Origin: Pelomyxa schiedti
Taxonomy: Eukaryota; Protista; Evosea
DNA length: 64,000 nucleotides
NCBI GenBank assembly: GCA_020536535.1
Contig: JAHLWZ010000803.1
Span: 62,001-126,000 of the forward strand
Reading direction: 5' to 3'
Positions 39,221 through 64,000 of this stretch are shown here, piece after piece. Under the pieces are notes generated by a model, which had not been told where the DNA came from, ran no database searches, and saw only the letters and a program-made list of their open reading frames with translations. Numbering within the stretch: the stretch's first letter is position 1; each line of letters starts with the position of its first letter. Made by a program: the position numbers and the translations under genes.

Positions 39221-39230
39221 AAAAAAACAA

Positions 39231-40492
39231 ATGTCAAAAGGTTTGCCTTTCACCTTGCTCGTGCGAGAGCGGGGCCAAGTGGCCCCACCAACACAACAGG
39301 GGCTGTGGGCCCGAGGCCAATTTCTTGCCCTCAGCGCCGCTGCGTTCGTGCCACGGTGCGGCGCCCGCAGCCCCGCTCGGTGCCTCCCACCAGCACTCGC
39401 GGCGTACGAGATCGGCCGCCCCTGGGTGGTCCCGAGGGACCCCGCCGCGGCTGTGGTGTTAAGGCTGCAGTTCCATCGTCTCCCCGGCGTCGACGACTGC
39501 TTCGTGTACTACGACTGTTCTCTGCATATGGACGGAAAGCTTGGATTCGACCGGTGCTGGGTCGTGACTTTTTCGCATACCGGGGGTGTTCTTGCAATGG
39601 AGCAGTGGCGACACAGAACAAGATGCCTCGGCTGGATCTCCCCAAACTTGGCCGTGGCACGTGATAACACAAACTCGGCCATGGCGGTCTTTGACTGCCG
39701 TAACGCTGTGGAGCCAGCAATTATGTGCCAGCTACCTGAAATGGACACAATGGCTTCGTTTGCAACAACAAGTGGGCAATACATCTCTATCAGGCTGGAT
39801 TTTTCCTTCTTATTCTGCCACAAAATGGTGCGCTATCTGCTGCGTCTGGCGGTGGAGACCCAGCCATTGCCTCCAAAACACAAGGAGTAGCAGTGCCGTC
39901 CCGCATTGACGGGGGCTTATGCCGGTCTCTGGGGGTGAACTTCACTGAAGGTGGAGATGACGAGGCCATACTGCGAACTACCTCAGAAAACGTACTCTGG
40001 CTTGTTGACATTCGTGAAACTTATTCCAGTGGTACCTTGTGTATCAAAGAACGCCGACGCGGCTTCCGGAGACTTGCTTACAAGGTTTTCTGCTCCGAGC
40101 TTCACAAGATGATTGCGCCAATGTACCAGCCACCGTATAAACAACCCAGCTTCGAGCTGAGAGCCATCGAACCCGATAGACGTAAACACAAGATTCTAAG
40201 GCAGTGCAGGTCAGAACCACACAAGGTCGACACACACCACTTTGTGGAGGTCACACACCGAAACCACAGGCTCGAGGTGTTTTCCACGGATGACATGGAA
40301 CACCCCTGCAACGTGATTCACAACACAACAAGGATCAGTTTCGTCTGCGGTGGTGGACTCATTGCGTTCCTGGACGAGAATGACAGGATCGACTTGGTTG
40401 ATGCTGTGTCTGGCACTTTGGTTCTGAGCTGGCCTGTGCCTTCCGATTTCGAGCAGGAGACATTCACCATGTGGGTTGTGGGTGCCCATTGA
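39231..40492 (+). pseudogene. Tandem orphan-family paralogue A (frameshifted near 39745)
   Basis: N-terminus matches paralogue B; GFVCNNKW and the C-terminal block lie in a different frame after CQLPEMDT. Confidence 0.8.
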
Positions 40493-40527
40493 CACATTCG
40501 AGAAAAAAAACAATCAAAGCTAATCAA

Positions 40528-41706
40528 ATGGTGTCCGCCAGTTGGGAACAGGCAGTCGAGGGCCTGCTCCGCCCCGAGCGGGGCCAAGTGGCCCCACCAA
40601 CACAACAGGGGCTGTGGGCCCGAGACCAATTTCTTGCCCTCAGCGCCGCTGCGTTCGTGCCACGGTGCGGCGCCCGCAGCCCCGCTCGGTGCCTCCCACC
40701 AGCACTCGCGGCGGACGAGATCGGCCGCCCCTGGGTGGTCCCGAGGGACCCCGCCGCGGCTGTAGTTCTGCGTCTCAGATGCCGGGACGGCAGGGTGAAG
40801 GCCGCCACCCGAAACAACGTTTTCTGGGTTGTCACATTTTCGGGAACTGGGGGTGTTGTCGGTGTGAAGACCTGGGAGTGCCCACTTGGCAATCACGTGG
40901 GGTGGCTATCGGCGGAGTTTGCTGTGATTGAAGCCAGAGTACCCTGCGTTTCTGCGCTTCTGTTTCTCGTTGGAACTACGATCATGGTGTGCCAATTACC
41001 TTGGATGGACACCTATGGACAAGGGGGTTTTGTCCGCAACAACAAGTGGGCACTCAATCTATCTTTCACTGGAATCCAGCTCACAATTCTGGACTTAACT
41101 GGCCCACTCCTTTGCTACAAACAATGGGCCGTATTGAACATGTCGGCTACGGATCCGCCAAGTTGGGTAGACATTGTGGAGAGGGGAGACGATGAGGCAG
41201 CTCTTGGAGCGAACCGTGCAAGGGAAATCTGGATAATTGATATTCCCGAGAGTTACTCCACCCGCAGATTGTGCATCAAACAACGCCTTACTGGCTTTGG
41301 ATCTACCACAAAAGGCAGGATTCTCACCTCTGACAACCACCAAGTGATAGTTCCCGTCCACCAGAGAGACTTGTGGACCCTCAGACCCACGGCAGACACC
41401 GTCTTGAGGAAGTGCAGGTCGGAACCACACAAGGTCGACACACACCACTTTGTGGAGGTCACACACCGAAACCACAGGCTCGAGGTGTTCTCCACGGGAG
41501 ACATGGAACACCCCTGCAACGTGATTCACAACACAACAAGGATCAGTTTCGTCTGCGGTGGTGGACTCATTGCGTTCCTGGACGAGAATGACAGGATCGA
41601 CTTGGTTGATGCTCTGTCTGGCACTTTGATCTTGACCTTGCTTGTGCCCTCGGACTTTGTTGAGGATTCGTTCGCCATGTGGGTTGTTGGTGCACACAAG
41701 AGATGA
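40528..41706 (+). CDS. Tandem orphan-family paralogue B (intronless, ~392 aa)
   Basis: ARDQFLALSAAAFVPRCGARSP...NNKW...CGGGLIAF...DALSGTL. Confidence 0.85.
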   Translation: MVSASWEQAVEGLLRPERGQVAPPTQQGLWARDQFLALSAAAFVPRCGARSPARCLPPALAADEIGRPWVVPRDPAAAVVLRLRCRDGRVKAATRNNVFWVVTFSGTGGVVGVKTWECPLGNHVGWLSAEFAVIEARVPCVSALLFLVGTTIMVCQLPWMDTYGQGGFVRNNKWALNLSFTGIQLTILDLTGPLLCYKQWAVLNMSATDPPSWVDIVERGDDEAALGANRAREIWIIDIPESYSTRRLCIKQRLTGFGSTTKGRILTSDNHQVIVPVHQRDLWTLRPTADTVLRKCRSEPHKVDTHHFVEVTHRNHRLEVFSTGDMEHPCNVIHNTTRISFVCGGGLIAFLDENDRIDLVDALSGTLILTLLVPSDFVEDSFAMWVVGAHKR

Positions 41707-41740
41707 AGATAGGGGAACAAAAAAAACAAGAAAATTGCGA

Positions 41741-42973
41741 ATGAGTTTTGTCTCCGAGCTGATCGAAACGGCAACCACGTTCGCAAGCACTTTCGTGGTC
41801 AGCCAACGAGGCAAAGTACAGCCGCCATCTTTCGCTCTGCGGGCGCGGGACCAATTTCTCGCCCTAGGCGCCGCCGTGTACTCCGCCCGGTGCGGCGCAC
41901 GCAGCCCAGGTCGCTGCCTCGCCCCCGCCCTCCTTGCCGCGGAAATCGGGCGCCGGTGGGTGCTCTCCAGGCCGCCCGCGGCCGCCGTGGTACTGAGGCT
42001 GCGCTGCGAGACGATTTGTACGTCGGGGGCCGGCTGGGTGTCGTACGACCGGGAGGTGTTCTGGGTGGTCACGTTCTCTGGAACCGGCGGCGTTATCGAC
42101 GTCGAGCCGTGGGGGGCCTCGTCCGGGACGTGCCTGGGGTGGCTCACGGCGAATCTGGCGGTGGTTCTGGTGGGCCACATGACAAGTCCCGGCGCCATGG
42201 GGTTCCCGATGGTTATGGACTGCAGCAGCCCCGTCGGCGGGTCGGTGGCGGCGTGCCGATTGCCTTGGATATGCTCGACGAGACAGGGCTTCGTTTGCAA
42301 CAACAAGTGGGCACTCCGGACGTCGGACGATGAGCTGTGCTTGTCGATTCTGGACTTGACTACTGTTTCCTCTGGAAAATGCACTAAACTGCCAGTTGTG
42401 CATGCAGGCCGCACACAATTTGTTACTTGGGTGGACTTTGTGGGGAGGGGAGGTGATGAAGCAGCTCTCGGAGTGCCCTGGGAAATCTGGATCATTGACA
42501 TCCGTGAGAGTTACTCCACCGGCAAATTGTGCGTCAAAGAATGCCTTACTGGTTTTGGAACCATCAGAGGAAGGATTCTCACCTCTGACAGCCACCAAAT
42601 GATAGTTCCTGTGACCCATATAGCAGGGAGATCACGAAAAGCCACATGGACACTTAATCCCACGCCACATTCGGTCGTGAGGAAGTGCAGGTCAGAGCCA
42701 CACAAGGTCGACACACACCACTTTGTGGAGGTCACACACCGAAACCACAGGCTCGAGGTGTTCTCCACGGGTGACATGGAACACCCCTGCAACGTGATTC
42801 ACAACACAACGAGGATCAGTTTCGTCTGCGGCGGTGGACTCATTGCGTTCCTGGAAGAGAATGACAGGATCGACTTGGTTGATGCTCTGTCTGGCACTTT
42901 GGTCTTGACCTTGCCTGTGCCCTCCAATTTCAATGAGGAGACATTCACCATGTGGGTTGTGGGTGCTCAGTGA
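41741..42973 (+). CDS. Tandem orphan-family paralogue C (intronless, ~410 aa)
   Basis: ARDQFLALGAAVYSARCGARSP...CNNKW...CGGGLIAF...DALSGTL. Confidence 0.85.
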   Translation: MSFVSELIETATTFASTFVVSQRGKVQPPSFALRARDQFLALGAAVYSARCGARSPGRCLAPALLAAEIGRRWVLSRPPAAAVVLRLRCETICTSGAGWVSYDREVFWVVTFSGTGGVIDVEPWGASSGTCLGWLTANLAVVLVGHMTSPGAMGFPMVMDCSSPVGGSVAACRLPWICSTRQGFVCNNKWALRTSDDELCLSILDLTTVSSGKCTKLPVVHAGRTQFVTWVDFVGRGGDEAALGVPWEIWIIDIRESYSTGKLCVKECLTGFGTIRGRILTSDSHQMIVPVTHIAGRSRKATWTLNPTPHSVVRKCRSEPHKVDTHHFVEVTHRNHRLEVFSTGDMEHPCNVIHNTTRISFVCGGGLIAFLEENDRIDLVDALSGTLVLTLPVPSNFNEETFTMWVVGAQ

Positions 42974-43404
42974 CCAAAATCTCATTCAATCAAATTGACT
43001 TTCATGACTTGCAACACTTCTTGACAAGGACAAGTCAGTCACTCATGTGTTGCTCGTTATCCAGGAAAAAAAATAGAGTGTTGGCGTCGGGTGCACAACC
43101 AAGGTTCACCTTAGAATTCGAAGAAATTTGTGCATATCAAATTTGCCGCAGCAGATGTGCCTTGAGCCCGTCAGGGCACCAGGTGCCACAACACAGTTAG
43201 ATTTTTTTTTGTTTATTACGAAGTAACACCCTAACTACGCACTCCAAGGAAAAAAAACTTTCCGCGGACGGAAGCTGGTAAAAAATACCCGTTGCCGGTA
43301 CTTATGGGTTTGAGTTTTTTTTGTTTTTTTGGATTCGGTTTACCTATTGGGAAAAAAAATCATGATACACAAAACTGGGTATTTGTTTCATTTCGTTAGA
43401 GCTG

Positions 43405-58094
<14,690 letters not shown>

Positions 58095-58366
58095 TTTCGG
58101 CTAAGCACTACGACGCACCGAGTCACGCAGCACCCCACCCTTTCGAGAATGTCGGCCGACGACGCACCACCCCCGTATCCTTTCGGCGTTTACTTTCGTA
58201 AGTCTGATCAAACTTTTGGGCAAAATCAAAAATTGGTGGTGGCCCGAGATTGATTCGGTTTCTTTTTTTTCGTTTGCTGGCTGTTGTCTGGGCTTGCTGG
58301 GCCCAGCTGAGATGAGGAACCTCACGAGATCTCCACCGTGAGACCCAAGTTTTGCGTGATAGGTGT

Positions 58367-58908
58367 TTAGAGGGACTGTTTCGTTGCGCCTACATCCGCA
58401 GTTGGTGTGGGTGTGGTAGTAGTGTCTTCCGTGCTGGTACTAGCCGTAGTTGTTGTTGAGTCGGACTTTGTTGGGTCCGCTACAGCAGATGGCGTGGTTG
58501 CAGTTGCGTTTGCATTTTCAGACGAAGTTGCAACAGTGTTGGTTCTTTCGCTTTCGTTTTCGTTTTCCTGAGGCAGCGGTGTGCTTTTTCTATTCTTCCC
58601 TTTGCTGATTCTACGACGTTTGGTGTCACCGTTCGATGCACAATTTTCAGAGGCAACGACACTTGTGTCTGGTTTAGTCTCTGATCTCTTGTCCAAGATG
58701 AAGTTCCTTGGCCTCCTCCTACTGTGCGGCATCTGGAAATGAAATAGCGCGAACTCTGTGGCACTGATTGTTTCCCTTTCTCCACTTTCAGCTCTGATCC
58801 GCAGTTCAAACTACCAGTGTTTATCTGCTTTGCAGTTGTCAGCATGTTTACTAGGTGAGTCTTGAGGAGTCTCCGACTCACCGCTGGGATCTCCCCCAAA
58901 AACTTCAT
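58367..58908 (-). CDS. Possible small hypothetical protein (basic, T-rich)
   Basis: Two overlapping ORFs in different frames (58480-58908, 58367-58732); splice junction not resolved. Confidence 0.3.
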
Positions 58909-58972
58909 TTATACGAAACACAAGTTTCACCGAATTCCAGGAAGAGGAAAAAACAGAGATTAAAGAAACCTG

Positions 58973-59882
58973 ATGGGTCTTGGTGCGTCAGCGTTGTCGC
59001 CAGAGGAGCAAGAGGCTATCCGTGTAAAGTATGGAAGTACGTGGTGCTCATCTAGTTGCAACTGGGACCACAAACTGCATACAAAAACAAAAAACGATTT
59101 TGCTGAACTGATCTCCAGCTAGTGCCTGAGGATAAATTCGCAGTTATTATAAAGAGTTTCAAATCGCACGCTGGAAATGACAACAGAATCACAAAGACCG
59201 CCTTTTTATCCATTCTTTCTGGGGTGATGTATGTGGACCTGGCTGAAAAGGTAAAAAGTCCTTCTGTGCGCTGAATCAACGTGAAAACCAACAAAGAACT
59301 TTTCGTGACTCTTGTGATGCTAGATTTTTGAATCCTTTGACAGGGATGGGAGTGGCTTCATGGAGCTAAAAGAATATCTAGAAATGATGGGTGTTACGCA
59401 TGGTGGCACAATTGGTATGAGTCCCGCATGAGAAAGTGTTCTGACTTCTCAATCAGATCAAAAGCTTGAAGGTTTCCATTTCTATTATAGGTATCAAACT
59501 TACGGGCATAGCATCATTCCATCTCTTTGACAAAGATACTGATGGGAGAGTCTCACGTGACGATATTAAGGACATGTTTATTATGACTGTGAAGCAGGTT
59601 TCATTCATACATGACATACTGGAGTTTTCCTCACCAGCCGTAGAAACGCGTTGCCAGAACAGGAGGTTCCTCCGCCTCTGTAATTCTTGACAATGCTGCA
59701 ATGGAAGCAATTGACAAGGTTATTGATTCCATTTTTACAAAACTGGACACCGATAATGTAATCCATCTCTTTCTCAACGCCATCACTTATCGTTGCTTTA
59801 GAGTGGTTTCTTGGACCTGGAGGAGTTTATAGCAGGGTTTACAAAGTACCGCGATGTGTGCGGCTTCTTCAAGCAATTCTAG
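58973..59882 (+). CDS. Myristoylated EF-hand calcium sensor (NCS/recoverin or calcineurin-B-like), multi-exon
   Basis: MGLGAS N-terminus; EF hands DRDGSGFMELKE, DKDTDGRVSRDD and DTDNSGFLDLEE; GTIDQKLEASFHLFD. Confidence 0.88.
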
Positions 59883-60186
59883 GCACTGTTTGAATATAAA
59901 ATTACTGTTCTTCCACCATTGCTGTGAGTTGTTAGTATCGCGAACCCACAGAGGCAGCAATAACCCAAAACAGATACATATTACTACCAAGTTCACTCCC
60001 TTCGCACCAAATAACAGACAATGTAAAACCAAATTCCCTTACCCCTTTTGTTGTTCCTAAATTGGCTGAATAAAAAAAACACCAGACCGCCGATCCTGAG
60101 CGACGATAACGAAAAGTCCAGCGTTCCAGTCTGTTGTTTATTTTATTCAGCCAATTACAAACCGAAAGTTTCGACGAAGCATCACG

Positions 60187-63100
60187 ATGAGGGCAACACC
60201 ACGCCGCGGTCTGCTCGTGGTGCTCTTCGTGTCGGTGGCGGTGCTGTGCGGTGGGTCGTCGGGAGAGGTGCGGGGCGCGGTGCGCGGGGGCTCCACGAGG
60301 GCGGCGGGTCGGGGAGCCGGCGCCGGAGCGGGGGCAGTGCCCACGGTGGAGGGGGGCGCGAGGCCGGTGTTTGGGTGGAAGGTCCTGGACGATGCCAATG
60401 GCCCTGCCCCGAGGAACGTGATGCAGACTGCATATCAAATCCTTGTCGTCAATGTTGGTTTTTATTTCTTAGTTTTTACTTTTTATTTTTGTTTTTGTTT
60501 TTTTTTTTTTTTTTCAATGTTTGAGGAATCCGTGCTGCCACGTTCTTTCAAAATAATAACAATAAAAAAAAAAAAAAAGAATGAGGGAGAACTTGTTTGG
60601 GATAGTGGAAGAGTTTCTTCAATGCAATCACAAAATGTGGTGTATGGAGGACCAATGCCGCTACTCACTAATTCATATTACCAGTGGTCTGTTAGAGTGT
60701 GTAGAGAACATCCCCCCCCTCCCCTTTCAATATTGCATTTGAGCATACTTTTCCCTTTTAGTAAAATGCCTATTAGGTGTGGACTAACTCTGACGAAAGC
60801 TTCTCCTTCACTGGGCCATTTTTAGTTGTGAGTTCCAGTGAACTAGATAATGCCACATGGATTGGCAGTAACTCCATCACTATGAACGAGATAAGGAAGG
60901 TAAAGTTGGATATTTCTTTACTGTTTATGTAAAAGACATAGGAATTTACTGTGCCCTCTTCTATTCGAACCGCCATTGCTTATATCAGTGGCATTGGATA
61001 CTATGAACTTTATGTGAATGGCGAATCTGTGGATCCAACACGTAAACTTGATCCAACCTGGACTCTGTATGAGGTATTGTGCACTGTTACATGTAATATC
61101 CTTTGAGGTCTCATTTAGAAACGCGTAATGTATGTAACATATGATGTCACATCTCTTTTGTACAACGGAGGAAATAATGCCATTGGGGTTATGCTTGGGA
61201 ATGGCTGGTATTCCCAGGTGTGCATGTTTGGTTTCTGTGGATTTGATTCCTGATTCTTCCAGGACCAATGGATTTCGTGCCAATCTGAGTCACGTTATGG
61301 TCCTCCAAGAATGATATTTGCCTTAGTTATCCAGTTGACAACTGGTGACACTGTGACACTCTATTCAGACACCACTTGGATGGGTCGTAAGGGAGCCATA
61401 ACTCAAGTAAGGTTTGTCTTACTAACAGTAAATTTACATGAAAACAGGATAGTGTTTACCATGGAGAGCACGTGGATGCCCGGTTACTTAGACCTGGCTG
61501 GACGGAACCTGGCTTTAGTGATTCAACTTCACTGTGGCTTTCTGCCGAGTCCATGAGATCTCCTGGAGGAGAATTGACTCTTATGGCAATGGAGCCTATC
61601 AGAACAGAGGTGCGAATACAACGGAATTTTATTTACCGTGCTCAAAAGGGATTAGGAAACAGAACTCTCTGCTTTGTCGTGCACATATAAAGCATTCAAT
61701 ACATATATCTACGACTTTGGGCAAAACTTTGTTGGATGGGTAAGAAAATTTTCTCGTAAGTAGTGACTTATTGCACCTCAGGTAAAGTACCATGTTGTTG
61801 GGCCTGCTGGTTCTTCCGTCACTGTAATAGTCTTTTTCTTGATCTCACAATCTAATCGTTTCTCAGATTAAATACATGGAAATTGCGGAGCACCCCGCAA
61901 GTTCTGATAGCATCTATACTGGCATGGGATATGTGGACAATTTGCGTGGAGCTGTTGTCACAGATCATTATATTCTATCAGGAAATTCTTCTGGTGAGAC
62001 CTTCGAACCACGATTTACTGTTCACGGCTTCCGATATGTGGAGGTGCTGCACCTATTTTTTTTTTAAATTTTCTCAGACAAAGTTAGGTAAGACATAGTT
62101 GGTCCACACCTTCCCTTTCAGACATTAAAGGTGTTGTCGTTCATTCTGATGTCCCTGAAGTGTGTACTAAGTGTTCTTTTTTTTTTTTACATTAACGTGC
62201 TTGGGAAGGTCGGCACTTTCGAATCCTCTGATGATTTGCTCAACTCCATTCATCACAATGTTGTATGGGGCCAAAAAGGGAACCTTATGTCAGTGCCTTC
62301 TGGTAAGAACAATTTTATGTCATTTCTCAAGTCTGACATTGTAAGACTGCCCCCAACGTGATGAGCGGAAAGGGTGGATGGGGGATGCTGCCTTGACAGT
62401 TGATGAAGCAATGTTCAACTTCAATACACAATCTTTCTATGCCTCGTTTTTACAACAAATTGCGGATAACCAGGGGCTCACTGGGGCTGTTCCAGACACT
62501 GTGCCCTTCTCATTTGGGTCACTTCCCGCCGATCCGAAGTATGTCCTCCACATAATACCCAGTTAATAACACCTTCCTCCCTAAACCCTAGCTGGGGAAC
62601 AGCATTAACAACAATCGCCTTCAATCTTATTGACCATTATGGTGACACAGAAACAGTAGCGCTTTATTATAACAATATCGTTCAATGGGTGGACTATCTG
62701 GTTCAGCGTGCTACCGAAAATGGTCACTTAGGCCTTGGAAAGATGTATTACAATTACGGTTTCATATTTCCTTGGTTTCCATTTCACTGAAGAGTCTAAA
62801 GGTGATTGGGTTCCTCCTCCACCAGTGGGAATGACCAATCAGTCACTTTGCTCTTCCTTCGCCTTGTTAATTGACCTCCAACATCTTGCCACGATAAGCA
62901 GTTTGTTGAACCACCCTGATGATGCTTTGTATCCTTTCTTTCTGATGTTAACGCTAATTCCTTCCACTTTACCTCTAGGTACTACACAGATCTCTACAAT
63001 ACTTTTGCTGAAGTATTTTTGCACAATTCATGTTCGTTCTGTAATATTTCTTTGTGCAGGAGTTCCACCAAGTTTTTTACAATAAAGAAATCAGTGGTTA

Positions 63101-64000
63101 TGCTGATGGAAAGCAAACCGCCAATGTACTTGCACTCACTGCCAATGTAGCTCCTTCTGATGTCAAAGTGCGCATTGTGTTTCCCCTTCTTCATTCTCTG
63201 ATTTTAGAAAGGATATGGTCATAACATCGCTTCTAAGTGATATCGCCGCCTATGACACTCATCTTACTACTGGGATTATTGGAACAAAGTAAAAAATCAC
63301 ATCTCACTCAGTTACCCATACCCTGAAGATATTTGTTTCCTCTTCTATCTGACTTGGGCTACCACGAAATTGCACTGCAAATTGCACAACAAAAGTCTTA
63401 TCCAAGTTATGGATATATGATTAGCAACCCCTACGAGAATGCAACAACCCTGTGGGAGGTAATCACTCTTCTTCTGGCCTCCCGTTAAAGGAGACACAGC
63501 TCTGGGATGCTCCTTTCGAGGGACCTGGAATGAACAGTAGAAATCATATTATGTTTGGCTCCATCGATGGATGGTTTTATAGATACTTGGCTGGTGTATG
63601 AACAATTATGTCTTCTGCGCATAAACACTCATTTTCACCAGATGAATCCCAATGGATTGGAAGAAATTTCATTCACACCACCCACCCTCAAGCACGACCA
63701 ATTGCAATTCGCACGTGCCTCCTACGAGTCTGCAAAAGGACTCATTCTCATACACTGGCAATGGGTTAGTGAAGACACTTACCAAATCGAAGTTCAAGTT
63801 CCGCACAATACTCGCGGTGTCATCAGGTTTCCTGGTGTGTTCAGTGTTTCCGCACCATTGTATTCATTGATAACACCCAGAGTTCCCTGTACTGAAGCTC
63901 ACAGAGGGTGATTCAATTATTTTCGATGGTTTGAACGTTGCTGACCAGGCAGCCCTAGCTAAGACTGGGATATTAAATACCGTCGTGGTAAGAAATCGTC
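60187..64000 (+). CDS. Secreted alpha-L-rhamnosidase (GH78), multi-exon, runs off the right edge
   Basis: Signal peptide; YDFGQNFVGW, FTVHGFRYVE, DCPQRDERKGWMGDA, GDWVPP, TTLWE, SRNHIMFG. Confidence 0.93.

Noticed and set aside
41095-42619. Long antisense ORFs (468 aa, 251 aa)
   Set aside because: Shadows of the GC-rich sense paralogues with no independent motifs.
39231-42973. Diversity-generating retroelement (TR/VR) explanation for the repeated C-terminal blocks
   Set aside because: No reverse transcriptase in the window, and the mismatches between blocks are not adenine-specific.

Overview
Gene-dense eukaryotic (protist) DNA using the standard code, with many short (~40-80 nt) spliceosomal introns, degenerate donor sites, several GC-AG introns, very short intergenic spacers and GC/CpG-rich gene 5' ends. 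Gene content and style suggest an amoebozoan, possibly Archamoebae/Pelomyxa-like; this is recollection and is unverified. Recognisable genes: importin-alpha (partial), proteasome alpha-1, eEF2, a Stealth-family phosphotransferase, a secreted DUF218/YdcF protein, RED/IK, an intronless IPC/sphingomyelin-synthase-like gene, a G-patch protein, a Cys/Met PLP lyase, an ERK7-like pseudokinase, Rap1 plus a Rap pseudogene, VPS13 with an internal FYVE finger, an NCS/calcineurin-B-like EF-hand protein and a GH78 rhamnosidase (partial). Two accessory zones stand out. (1) 30.1-34.7 kb is a nest of hAT transposon remnants around an orphan-family gene and a perfect 25-bp hairpin. (2) 39.2-43.0 kb holds three intronless paralogues of an uncharacterised family, packed head-to-tail with 10-35 bp spacers, whose near-identical N- and C-terminal blocks surround a highly divergent middle. 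Zone 2 is the best candidate for an undescribed system (segmental conversion or cassette diversification, possibly polycistronic). Exon boundaries were read by eye and are approximate.
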